64,000 nt of DNA from contig JBBILZ010000006.1 of NCBI GenBank assembly GCA_037444665.1, forward strand, positions 56-64,055, given 5' to 3'. The notes below the pieces were generated by a model. It was not told where the DNA came from and ran no database searches. It saw nothing but the letters and a program-made list of their open reading frames with translations. The stretch comes from a candidate division WOR-3 bacterium. Lineage in GTDB: Bacteria; Hydrothermota; Tepidihabitantia; SM23-42; JAOAFX01. Shown here piece after piece: positions 1 to 7,485 of this stretch (positions are counted from its first letter, which is position 1; each line of letters opens with the position of its first letter). The translations under genes and the position numbers were made by a program.

Positions 1-621
1 TAACACATCAGGGCATCGCCCTTCTTCTTGTTTCAGGTAATTATTAACCTCTTCTACTGGATGGAACGGAATCAGATATCTCAATTTCATTGAAATCGGA
101 AATAATCTCAAAATCCTGCCACCGTCCTCAGTAATAAAATAATTGTTCAAATCATCATTGCTCAACCCTGCATAGAGAAAATGTGTATCATCAAGTAGTG
201 TATAATCAATACCTGATTTTACAAACAAAGGTACCAATCCTGGCTCCCAGACCCGTTCAGTCAACCAGAGACCACGGGCTTCATAGCCGAACATTTTATA
301 AATGTATTCTTTGAAATACTTAATCTGTTCAACCACATCTTGGGATGGAATTAAAGAAAGGATTGGCTCACTATATGCTGAAACCAGAATCTCAGCCTGA
401 TCGTTCTTCAATGCCTCTCTTATGTAATCAAAATATTCAGGATGTTTTTTTGATAACCACTCACAGAGTGGACCTGAATTGTGAATACCAAATTTTATTG
501 AAGGATATTTTAACAATGTCTTAATTAAAGGAAGATATGACTGCTCATAGGCATACTGGAATACTTCATCAAAATTGCCTACGGGTTGATGATTATGTAT
601 ATAAAATGCAAATTTTACCAT
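1..621 (-). CDS. Glycoside hydrolase family 57 protein, N-terminal part (gene continues beyond window start)
   Basis: The reverse-complement translation starts MVKFAFYIHNHQPVGNF and contains ...GLWLTERVWEPG, which are GH57 hallmark regions (H-Q-P and W-x-x-E). ATG at 619-621 with an upstream GGAG. Not in the ORF track because it is truncated by the window edge. Confidence 0.7.
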   Translation of the reverse strand, partial: MVKFAFYIHNHQPVGNFDEVFQYAYEQSYLPLIKTLLKYPSIKFGIHNSGPLCEWLSKKHPEYFDYIREALKNDQAEILVSAYSEPILSLIPSQDVVEQIKYFKEYIYKMFGYEARGLWLTERVWEPGLVPLFVKSGIDYTLLDDTHFLYAGLSNDDLNNYFITEDGGRILRLFPISMKLRYLIPFHPVEEVNNYLKQEEGRCPDVL

Positions 622-1095
622 TTATACTCCTGTTAGTTTTTTTATCACATCAACGGGCTGGGAATTGGGCAGTTGTTTCCCAATAATTTTGATGCCTAAT
701 TCATGTAATTTTGCGAGCACCTCTATATCCTCAGAGGTCAGGTAGATAAATGGAGCGATTGTGCGTGCATTTTGTCTATGGCTCAAACCACCGATATGCA
801 CTTCATTTATGCTCAGACCATTATTTATAAGATTGTAGACATCAATCACCTTTTCTACTACGACCATAATACGCCTTTTGTCCAACCCGTTCTTCAAGTA
901 TTCAACACAACTTTTAATATCAAAACAATGAAAACTTATATTTTCAGGTACGGCAAGCCGATAGGCATTACAGGCCCATTCATCTTGACTGATTGTATCA
1001 GAGGCAATAATCAATTCATTAATGCCAAGGGGTCGTGCCCAACCAGCAACAACCTGGCCATGAATCAATCTATCATCAATGCGTAATACAAACAT
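622..1095 (-). CDS. PTS mannose/fructose/sorbose-family EIIB component
   Basis: VLRIDDRLIHGQV is the signature of type-4 EIIB (phospho-His domain). Its stop abuts the GH57 start at 621/622. Confidence 0.8.
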   Translation of the reverse strand: MFVLRIDDRLIHGQVVAGWARPLGINELIIASDTISQDEWACNAYRLAVPENISFHCFDIKSCVEYLKNGLDKRRIMVVVEKVIDVYNLINNGLSINEVHIGGLSHRQNARTIAPFIYLTSEDIEVLAKLHELGIKIIGKQLPNSQPVDVIKKLTGV

Positions 1096-1096
1096 C

Positions 1097-2776
1097 TTAA
1101 TCCCAGAACTCCCATTTGATTTCTAAATTAAAACTTCTTTCAACATCAGGAAAATCAGCCGGTTTCTGGTCAAGAATATTATCAATCATCATATTCAATT
1201 TCAGGGTCAGGAATTTTATAGTTAAACCCGGAGCAATGGTCCAGAATTGACCATAGTGATTATCTGCGAGGTCATATCTATCTGAAACATAGTTGAATCT
1301 TGTAAACAGGCAAATCACTGAGCGTTCTGTTTTTCTTTGCCAGTTTAAATATAGTTTCGCATTCGTTCTGGGAAAGGTTGAAGATGGTCCATCCTTCAAC
1401 AGATAGTTAAATGCGCCTGCAAAAGAAAAATATCTTGCCAATGGAATATCATAAAATAATTCCAGACCTGCAATCTCACCATTTTCAAAATTTACCACAG
1501 AATAATAATTCGCACTATCCCTGTGATAGCCAATGGGATTTGTAATTGCACAGTGATAAAAATTGAAATTTAAAGTTTTTATCTGAAGACCAGCCTCTTT
1601 GCGAAAATATTTTTCGTCCTTTATATCAGGATTACCCAGTATATTAAAATCTTTAATTGCCAGATTTTCATTACCAAAGTGTGCGATAAAATTGGCTCTT
1701 CTATGGAACAGGCTCAATCCACCAAAAATGCGTATACTATCAAAAATGTCACATTTTATTTTTCCACTTGGATTAAAATATAAATTTTTATCTAATGCAT
1801 AATCTACACTATAAACGAATCCTGTACAAAATTTGTTTAAATTATAATTAATTCCTTGATAAAATTCTAAATTATTATCAGTTTCAAAACTATTAAACCC
1901 ATATTCAAATCTACTCGTTGTAGCATTAAAACCAAAGACATTTCCAATATTTTTATAAGAGAATACCATCTGCTGATTTGTGCCGTATGTGGTCAGGTGA
2001 TTTTGATACCTTACATTACTTAAGGTATCAAGATATTCAGTGCCATTTGCAGTTCTGAAAATGGCAAGTTTATAAAGGTCATTGCCTGCAGTAAATGTTA
2101 TATCACTAAAATCAATACTCCATAATGTTCCATAATCATTATCAGTAAAAATAATATCCAAACGTGAAGGAATGAATTGGTTATAATATATATTCGCATA
2201 ACCACCATTTGTGCGCAGGTAAACTTGCTCATAGTTTTTATACTGCCGTGAATACAAACCACTCAAATAAAATCCGATATCATTGGTAATGGCACGCGTA
2301 AAATCAATGTTATAAATAGTATTGCTACCAAACATAGTAAAATAAAGATAAGAGAATGGTTTTTCATAAGTATTTACTTTGGTATCAATCTCCAGTCTTT
2401 GAAAATTTTTTCCAAACCCATTATTCAACTTTGCTGTCTTTAAAAAGTGTATTGGTAGTAAAACAAGATTGAATGATTCAGTAAAATAATTATTCAAAGA
2501 ATGGGATTGTAAAAATACTTCTAAGGGATATGGCGTAATAATATCAAGGCAATAACCCCGGTCCTTAATAAGATAAGGTGTAAAATTGACAACCTCTTTA
2601 AATCCTGTAAAAAAAAGAACGGGTTCAATGACCCGTGTCTGTTTTAGTGAACTATCAAGCACGCCTGCCTGGCTAAAATTTACGACCGCAGGAACTTCAT
2701 ATTTTTTTACCGAATCAACAACAGATGAATCCTGGGCAATCTCATTGCCAGCTAAAATAAATAACCACAAAAACAC
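1097..2776 (-). CDS. Putative outer-membrane beta-barrel protein (porin-like)
   Basis: 559 aa, N-terminal signal-like segment, and a sequence rich in Tyr/Asn/Gly/Phe with alternating aromatic residues. Transcribed first in an apparent operon with the EIIB and GH57 genes. Confidence 0.4.
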   Translation of the reverse strand: MFLWLFILAGNEIAQDSSVVDSVKKYEVPAVVNFSQAGVLDSSLKQTRVIEPVLFFTGFKEVVNFTPYLIKDRGYCLDIITPYPLEVFLQSHSLNNYFTESFNLVLLPIHFLKTAKLNNGFGKNFQRLEIDTKVNTYEKPFSYLYFTMFGSNTIYNIDFTRAITNDIGFYLSGLYSRQYKNYEQVYLRTNGGYANIYYNQFIPSRLDIIFTDNDYGTLWSIDFSDITFTAGNDLYKLAIFRTANGTEYLDTLSNVRYQNHLTTYGTNQQMVFSYKNIGNVFGFNATTSRFEYGFNSFETDNNLEFYQGINYNLNKFCTGFVYSVDYALDKNLYFNPSGKIKCDIFDSIRIFGGLSLFHRRANFIAHFGNENLAIKDFNILGNPDIKDEKYFRKEAGLQIKTLNFNFYHCAITNPIGYHRDSANYYSVVNFENGEIAGLELFYDIPLARYFSFAGAFNYLLKDGPSSTFPRTNAKLYLNWQRKTERSVICLFTRFNYVSDRYDLADNHYGQFWTIAPGLTIKFLTLKLNMMIDNILDQKPADFPDVERSFNLEIKWEFWD

Positions 2777-2875
2777 CCTGGATTATAGATTAAAATTACC
2801 TTTTTGTCAATAGAAGTTTGCAGAGTTCAAGATATAGTATAGGAGTAGGGACTTTAGTCCTACTCCTCATTGTCC

Positions 2876-3150
2876 ATTTTGTAGTTGCCCGCTTGCAATG
2901 GCGAATTCCCCAATTGTAGTTGCCCGATTTATCGGGCATATCAAATATTCGTTTCCATATTATTTTATCATCATACCTGGTAAAAAATTTGTAGTAATGT
3001 AAAAATGTAGTGGCAGAGTTTACCCTGCCAAATTAAATCAAGCAAAGACATTTTTCTCCATTCCACAATTCCAAAATTGTAAAATAATCAAATGGATAAT
3101 TGCCCTGCAATATGTTATACTTTGCCGATTGGTCAACTACATTGATTTAA
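2876..3150. repeat. Cluster of REP-like elements (GTAG box + GC-rich hairpin), left flank of the accessory island
   Basis: ttGTAGttGCCCGATttATCGGGCat (2909-2939); partial copy ttGTAGttgcccgc (2876-2905); ttGTAGtaatg (2987-3000); atGTAGtgGCAGAGtttaCCCTGCc (3003-3028); inverted copy caatGTAGttgacc (RC of 3137-3150). Near-identical copies occur in opposite orientation at 13239-13342. Confidence 0.6.
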
Positions 3151-3217
3151 TTCCATTTTGGAATGGCTAACCTATTAAGTGTGAAAATTTGACCCAATCC
3201 GAATTATTATTGAAGGA

Positions 3218-3859
3218 CTAAATCCCCTCTGAGTTAGTTCTGGTGAACCACCAGCCGAGACCGATTGTAATACCAGCACCTATTTGAATACCGTAACCGG
3301 CACATGAACTCCAAGCACCATCCTTCCAGTTTTTAATAGCTCCAATACGAACTGTAAATCCCAATGTCAACGGTTTAATGATTTTGTGATTCAGTTCAAC
3401 CGCTCCTGAGGTAAACTTGCCGATATACGCAGAAAACCTCAATCTCACAGTACTCAGCGATAGAATGCTACAATGTAGCACATAGACTGTGTGAATCGAT
3501 ATCATGGATGCATAAAATGCCTTAGGAGAGTACGATACAAATTCGTCATCTACTAATTCCTGTACATTCATGCCGAATCCCCATCTTGAATTTTTTGGGA
3601 AATATGTTACTGTAATAAAACTCATTTCAGCACCATGTTTGATTTGATAAACAAGTGTATCATATGAAGTATAATCAACACGCTTATGATATCCTCCATA
3701 AAGTCCGAACCTAAGAATCTCAATATCCACCACCGGCATTATAACCTTGCGCTCATTCTGCAGTAACTTGTAGTTCTGAGCAGAGGACAGGTGCGCATAT
3801 GACAACACAACCGCAACAATGAACTTAATAATCAACAACCTAATCGAACTGCAACGCAT
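3218..3859 (-). CDS. Small outer-membrane beta-barrel protein, paralog A
   Basis: Signal peptide and beta-rich sequence. It shares a duplicated promoter and upstream element with the gene at 4783-5391. RBS AAGGGG precedes the ATG. Confidence 0.45.
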   Translation of the reverse strand: MRCSSIRLLIIKFIVAVVLSYAHLSSAQNYKLLQNERKVIMPVVDIEILRFGLYGGYHKRVDYTSYDTLVYQIKHGAEMSFITVTYFPKNSRWGFGMNVQELVDDEFVSYSPKAFYASMISIHTVYVLHCSILSLSTVRLRFSAYIGKFTSGAVELNHKIIKPLTLGFTVRIGAIKNWKDGAWSSCAGYGIQIGAGITIGLGWWFTRTNSEGI

Positions 3860-3893
3860 AATACCCCTTACCCCAATCCACTACATATTATGA

Positions 3894-3921
3894 GATTATA
3901 CAAATAATTTTTCCGCTGTCA
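3894..3921 (-). promoter_or_regulatory. Sigma70-type promoter TTGACA-16-TATAAT for 3218-3859
   Basis: Minus-strand sequence reads TTGACAgcggaaaaattatttgTATAAT, near-identical to the promoter at 5487-5514. It is preceded by a conserved element of about 38 nt (3922-3962). Confidence 0.6.
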
Positions 3922-4008
3922 ACTATAAAACAGCTAAATTATGCGGTAAAATGTTAAGCTCTGACCCGGGGCGTGCCTTCACACCATTATGATATTTGTT
4001 CTTAGATT

Positions 4009-4431
4009 TTAAGGCAGCAATAGTTCAATTGTTTGTTTACGGCGTTGGAACAATACATCAACATTTTCAAAAAAGTCTTTCTGCCCAAGTATAAATGAAA
4101 ACCCATGAAAATTAAATTGTCCAAAACCTACCTGGGCTGGTAGTCTATAGGTCCCATGCTCAATATCTATTGTTAATTTATAAATGAATATTTCACCGAG
4201 ACCTCCGATTCCGCTGACGGATTCCTTTGGGCATGAAGATAATGGAACCCCCAAAACTTCACCGATTTCAATCTGACAGAAGCAACGATTAGCACCTGAA
4301 TCGATGAGCGCTTCGACATTCATAAATTTTCCCTCAACGATGATAGTTATAGGAATGATTGGCATTAACTCATACCTGATGGGCGCCTGTGATATTGCAA
4401 TTGATTTATATTTGTATCGAACTTTGTGCAA
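4009..4431 (-). CDS. Retropepsin-like (clan AA) aspartic protease; the true start is probably the internal Met at 4365
   Basis: VEALIDSGANRCF matches the D-S/T-G-A active-site motif of retroviral-type aspartyl proteases. The protein is small and has a single domain. Confidence 0.6.
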   Translation of the reverse strand: MHKVRYKYKSIAISQAPIRYELMPIIPITIIVEGKFMNVEALIDSGANRCFCQIEIGEVLGVPLSSCPKESVSGIGGLGEIFIYKLTIDIEHGTYRLPAQVGFGQFNFHGFSFILGQKDFFENVDVLFQRRKQTIELLLP

Positions 4432-4448
4432 GTTTTATTGGGACTATG

Positions 4449-4646
4449 CTAACAATAAGAGAAGTTGCTGATTTCTTTAGAAACCATAACATAGATGGGA
4501 TTTTTTTCTTTAGTTTTCTGTGAATTTTTTATGGCTTCTGCAAGCGTACGACCAGAAGCGACAACTGTGGATTCATCCGAAGATAGAGCAACCCACTTAC
4601 CCAAATACTTGAGCAACATCTTCCCATAATTGTTATTATTCTTCAT
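4449..4646 (-). CDS. DUF5678-like small protein (65 aa)
   Basis: YLGKWVALSSDESTVVASGRTLAEAIKNS...NPIYVMV resembles the GKWVA...ASG...NP pattern of DUF5678 mini-proteins. It lies immediately upstream of the aspartic protease gene. Confidence 0.45.
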   Translation of the reverse strand: MKNNNNYGKMLLKYLGKWVALSSDESTVVASGRTLAEAIKNSQKTKEKNPIYVMVSKEISNFSYC

Positions 4647-4649
4647 GAA

Positions 4650-4680
4650 ATTATAATAACCATTTTTGGTTAAAAGTCAA
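4650..4680 (-). promoter_or_regulatory. Promoter TTGACT-16-TATTAT placed 6 nt from the ATG (predicted leaderless mRNA)
   Basis: Minus-strand sequence reads TTGACTtttaaccaaaaatggtTATTATaatttcATG. There is no SD, and the TSS is predicted at the A of the ATG. Confidence 0.5.
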
Positions 4681-4782
4681 GGGGCGGTTTTACTGTCGGA
4701 TTTATCTAACAAACAGCCAAAATAGAAAAATTATGTGGTAAAATGTATAATGTTGAGATCTGACCCCCTGACGGCCAAGAAA

Positions 4783-5391
4783 TTAAAACTCATACCATAA
4801 ACCAATTGAAAGATTAAAATCATAAATTGATATAGAAGCACCTACATCAGTAAGCACGGGATGGTTAGTTAGGTTATAATTAAAGGAAAACTCAGGTGAA
4901 ATCCTTAGTTTTGCCATCTTATTTTCCATACCAATACTTGCCGTAAAGTATAAATCGTTTCTGAGTTGTTCAATTGGCCGCTCTGTACCCAATTCTGTAT
5001 CTACTGCTTTACCATATATTTGAAAATTACTACCAATACCAATGCCCAGATAAGGCTTATTGGAAAGTTTTGCAAAGGGTTTAAATGTGGCTGTTATAGG
5101 TATGAACACATTTGTGTAATAACGATTTGTGCCCGGCCAATATTTTCTGATGTATGAACTTGTTTTAATTTGCGGCGTAAAATTGACTTCCCAACATGGA
5201 TTTAGATTAAAACCCATACCAATTCCACCATGCAAACCATTGCCCGAAACATCACTAAATGGTTTATCGTAATCTTCAATACACCAATTTCCTCCAACTT
5301 TTATACCAATATATGTAAGCAATGGCGCTGAAAAACAGAAAGGAAATACACCAATAAATTGAATTATGGTTAATAATATTAGCCTATTCAT
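4783..5391 (-). CDS. Small outer-membrane beta-barrel protein, paralog B
   Basis: Signal peptide, a C-terminus ...GLWYEF ending in an aromatic residue (typical of OMPs), and Gly/aromatic-rich beta strands. Confidence 0.5.
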   Translation of the reverse strand: MNRLILLTIIQFIGVFPFCFSAPLLTYIGIKVGGNWCIEDYDKPFSDVSGNGLHGGIGMGFNLNPCWEVNFTPQIKTSSYIRKYWPGTNRYYTNVFIPITATFKPFAKLSNKPYLGIGIGSNFQIYGKAVDTELGTERPIEQLRNDLYFTASIGMENKMAKLRISPEFSFNYNLTNHPVLTDVGASISIYDFNLSIGLWYEF

Positions 5392-5486
5392 TCTTGGTCC
5401 ACTCCCATCCCCTCTGCATCTAACTTAGCACTGGATTTGCAAGTCATCTTCATATCTCCTTAATTTAATCTACTACTCTATGCTAC

Positions 5487-5514
5487 ATTATACAAACAAT
5501 TTCTCCGCTGTCAA
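5487..5514 (-). promoter_or_regulatory. Sigma70-type promoter TTGACA-16-TATAAT for 4783-5391
   Basis: Minus-strand sequence reads TTGACAgcggagaaattgtttgTATAAT. The conserved upstream element lies at 5527-5575. Downstream, a 21-codon uORF (aaggagatATGaagATGact...) has its stop overlapping the main ATG (ATGA). Confidence 0.6.
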
Positions 5515-5598
5515 GGACAGGATAAAAAATTATGCGGTAAAATGTAAAATGTTAAGATCTGAGCCAAAGGCGTCCAAATTCCAATGTGAATGTGGGAT

Positions 5599-6903
5599 TT
5601 AAGCATCACCTCTATTCACTTCCTGTTCATTTTTATCTTGTTCGTGTTCTAATATTTGTGTCTTTTGGTCACTTTCCAACATTTTTATTTCAGCAATTGA
5701 TGCACCTGCTATACCTTTGATTGAACCATAAAAGTTTACTGCATTAATCAAGATCTTGTCGAGTTGTTTCTCTCGTTCCTTCCATATTTTCTGCATTTTT
5801 AGTTTTTCATCTTGGTAATTGTCTTGCAATGATTTAAAACCTTCAACAATCGCACCGAATTGACCTTTAAATTCTTGGCTTGTTAGATAATTGTAGAGCA
5901 TTTCCATTTTAATCTCTTTTCCATGCTGAGTAATCACAACTGAATGTATTTGTATCAATCCATGTCTAAGTGCAAGAGACAATCCTCTTATTTCAAAAAA
6001 CGAACAAATCCAAACACCATCTTTAAAGAAAAACTTATCTTCTTCTGCGGGCATTGTTTCTGTAACAAGCACCAAAAGATTGGCTTTTACTTCCAGATTG
6101 TCATCCCGCAATTTCTGCAGCCAGTTATAGTCAAAGCTTTTCGTTCGCTTGCTTTCATAATAAATCTTACCACATTCAGCACCGTCTTCATTTTTAACAA
6201 TCTGCAAAACATCGGCACCACGTTGTCCTTTCTTGATCTCCTTAATTTCATCATTAGGATATAACAACTTAAGCATGTTTTCGAGCGCTAATTCCTGAAT
6301 TTCGCCCTGAAGTTGCATAGATCCTTGCTCAGCCTTTCTTTTTGCTGCGCCAAGCTGCTCGGTTAGTTCTTCGATAATTTTGTCCTTTTCCTTGATTTTA
6401 AGGATATTTTCCTCATCAATTTGTTTTGCAATTTTTAACTTTTCGGCCTTTAGTTTCTCACTATATTCCTTTTCTTTCTCTAGAGCAATTTGGTCACGTA
6501 TTTCCTCCTTTTCTCTTTTTAATTTTTCTATTTCTGCCCTTGTCTTGTTTAACTCTTTTACTTGCTCTGATTTTTCCTCAAGTGCTTTTTGTAGTAGTGC
6601 AATTTGATCCGAGGTCTCGCCTTGAATCTCTTCTCGCAATGTCTTTTCTAATTTTAATTTCTCTGCTTTGATTTTGCTCTGAACTTCTGTATCAACAATT
6701 TCTTTGAGTGATTGTCTTTCTTTGTCTATTTTTTCTCTCTCTGTATTTATTTCTTGCAGTTTTAACTGCAGTTCTTTCTCTTTTCTCGCAATTTTTTTCT
6801 CAAAATCTTTTTTTATGTCGTTTTCAATTTGTCCATACAGAGCAGCATTAACATTTATTTCGGTGCCACATTTAGGGCATTTAATTATATTATCATTTTT
6901 CAT
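5599..6903 (-). CDS. Zn-ribbon / long coiled-coil / DUF2130-domain protein (PD-(D/E)xK-like C-terminal domain)
   Basis: N-terminal CPKCG zinc ribbon, about 200 aa of E/K-rich coiled coil, and a C-terminal ...GQRGADVLQIV...GKIYYESKRTKSF... that fits DUF2130 with a D...E-x-K nuclease-like motif. Confidence 0.55.
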   Translation of the reverse strand: MKNDNIIKCPKCGTEINVNAALYGQIENDIKKDFEKKIARKEKELQLKLQEINTEREKIDKERQSLKEIVDTEVQSKIKAEKLKLEKTLREEIQGETSDQIALLQKALEEKSEQVKELNKTRAEIEKLKREKEEIRDQIALEKEKEYSEKLKAEKLKIAKQIDEENILKIKEKDKIIEELTEQLGAAKRKAEQGSMQLQGEIQELALENMLKLLYPNDEIKEIKKGQRGADVLQIVKNEDGAECGKIYYESKRTKSFDYNWLQKLRDDNLEVKANLLVLVTETMPAEEDKFFFKDGVWICSFFEIRGLSLALRHGLIQIHSVVITQHGKEIKMEMLYNYLTSQEFKGQFGAIVEGFKSLQDNYQDEKLKMQKIWKEREKQLDKILINAVNFYGSIKGIAGASIAEIKMLESDQKTQILEHEQDKNEQEVNRGDA

Positions 6904-7020
6904 ATATTCCTCCTGTCACATTTTTCTAATCGGCGATTAAAATGTCATAATTTTAACCTGTAGCTATTATGTGCAATAAGAATTTTAGTAACTATAAGAA
7001 TTAAAATCGCTTTTAAAGTA

Positions 7021-7485
7021 TTATTCATTGTTGTTCATATTTCTTTTGAGGCGGTAATAACGGCGGGTGTAATAAGTCCAGGATTTTGCTGAATCCAATG
7101 ACAACTTATTGTTTACATTTTTTCTGAACATTAATAAACGTCTTATTGTCCTCTCTGAAACTTTTAAATCACGTGCAAAATGCTTGTTGGCATAATTTAA
7201 GAAAAAACCTGTTTTATCTGATATTGTTAGGAACTGCCATAGTTTATCTGCAATATCCCAATAAAGAAAAATTTTCTGTTGATTTGAAGTATTAGTAATT
7301 GCATTTAACTGCTGTTTGCAAAATTCAATAGTCTCCCTATAAAGGTTTTCAAGATGTTCTACTTTTGATGTCAATTCTGTATCGGCTCGTTTTTCTTTTA
7401 ACAGCTCGCTCATTTGAATCTTGGCAACATAAATTATTTCATTATTTTGCTTTCTTGGTTCAATTTCAAAAAATATCTTATCCAT
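7021..7485 (-). CDS. Hypothetical protein (154 aa), translationally coupled to the upstream GHKL ATPase gene
   Basis: Its start at 7485 abuts the GHKL stop at 7486. The segment ...VSERTIRRLL... could be an HTH. No confident family assignment. Confidence 0.4.
   Translation of the reverse strand: MDKIFFEIEPRKQNNEIIYVAKIQMSELLKEKRADTELTSKVEHLENLYRETIEFCKQQLNAITNTSNQQKIFLYWDIADKLWQFLTISDKTGFFLNYANKHFARDLKVSERTIRRLLMFRKNVNNKLSLDSAKSWTYYTRRYYRLKRNMNNNE

Noticed and set aside
772-1086. 104-aa plus-strand ORF inside the EIIB gene, and similar short antisense ORFs throughout (for example 1599-1802, 2586-2813, 17250-17612)
   Set aside because: They overlap well-supported genes on the opposite strand or in another frame, and lack RBS or promoter signals.
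2777-3217. tRNA, ncRNA or rRNA genes in the larger intergenic regions
   Set aside because: No cloverleaf-compatible segments or rRNA-like conserved blocks were recognisable by eye. This cannot be fully excluded without tRNAscan or Infernal.
6380-6940. Cluster of plus-strand ORFs (75-81 aa) inside the DUF2130 gene
   Set aside because: They are antisense to a long E/K-rich coiled-coil coding region, and the resulting poly-Ser/Phe/Leu low-complexity 'proteins' are typical frame artefacts.
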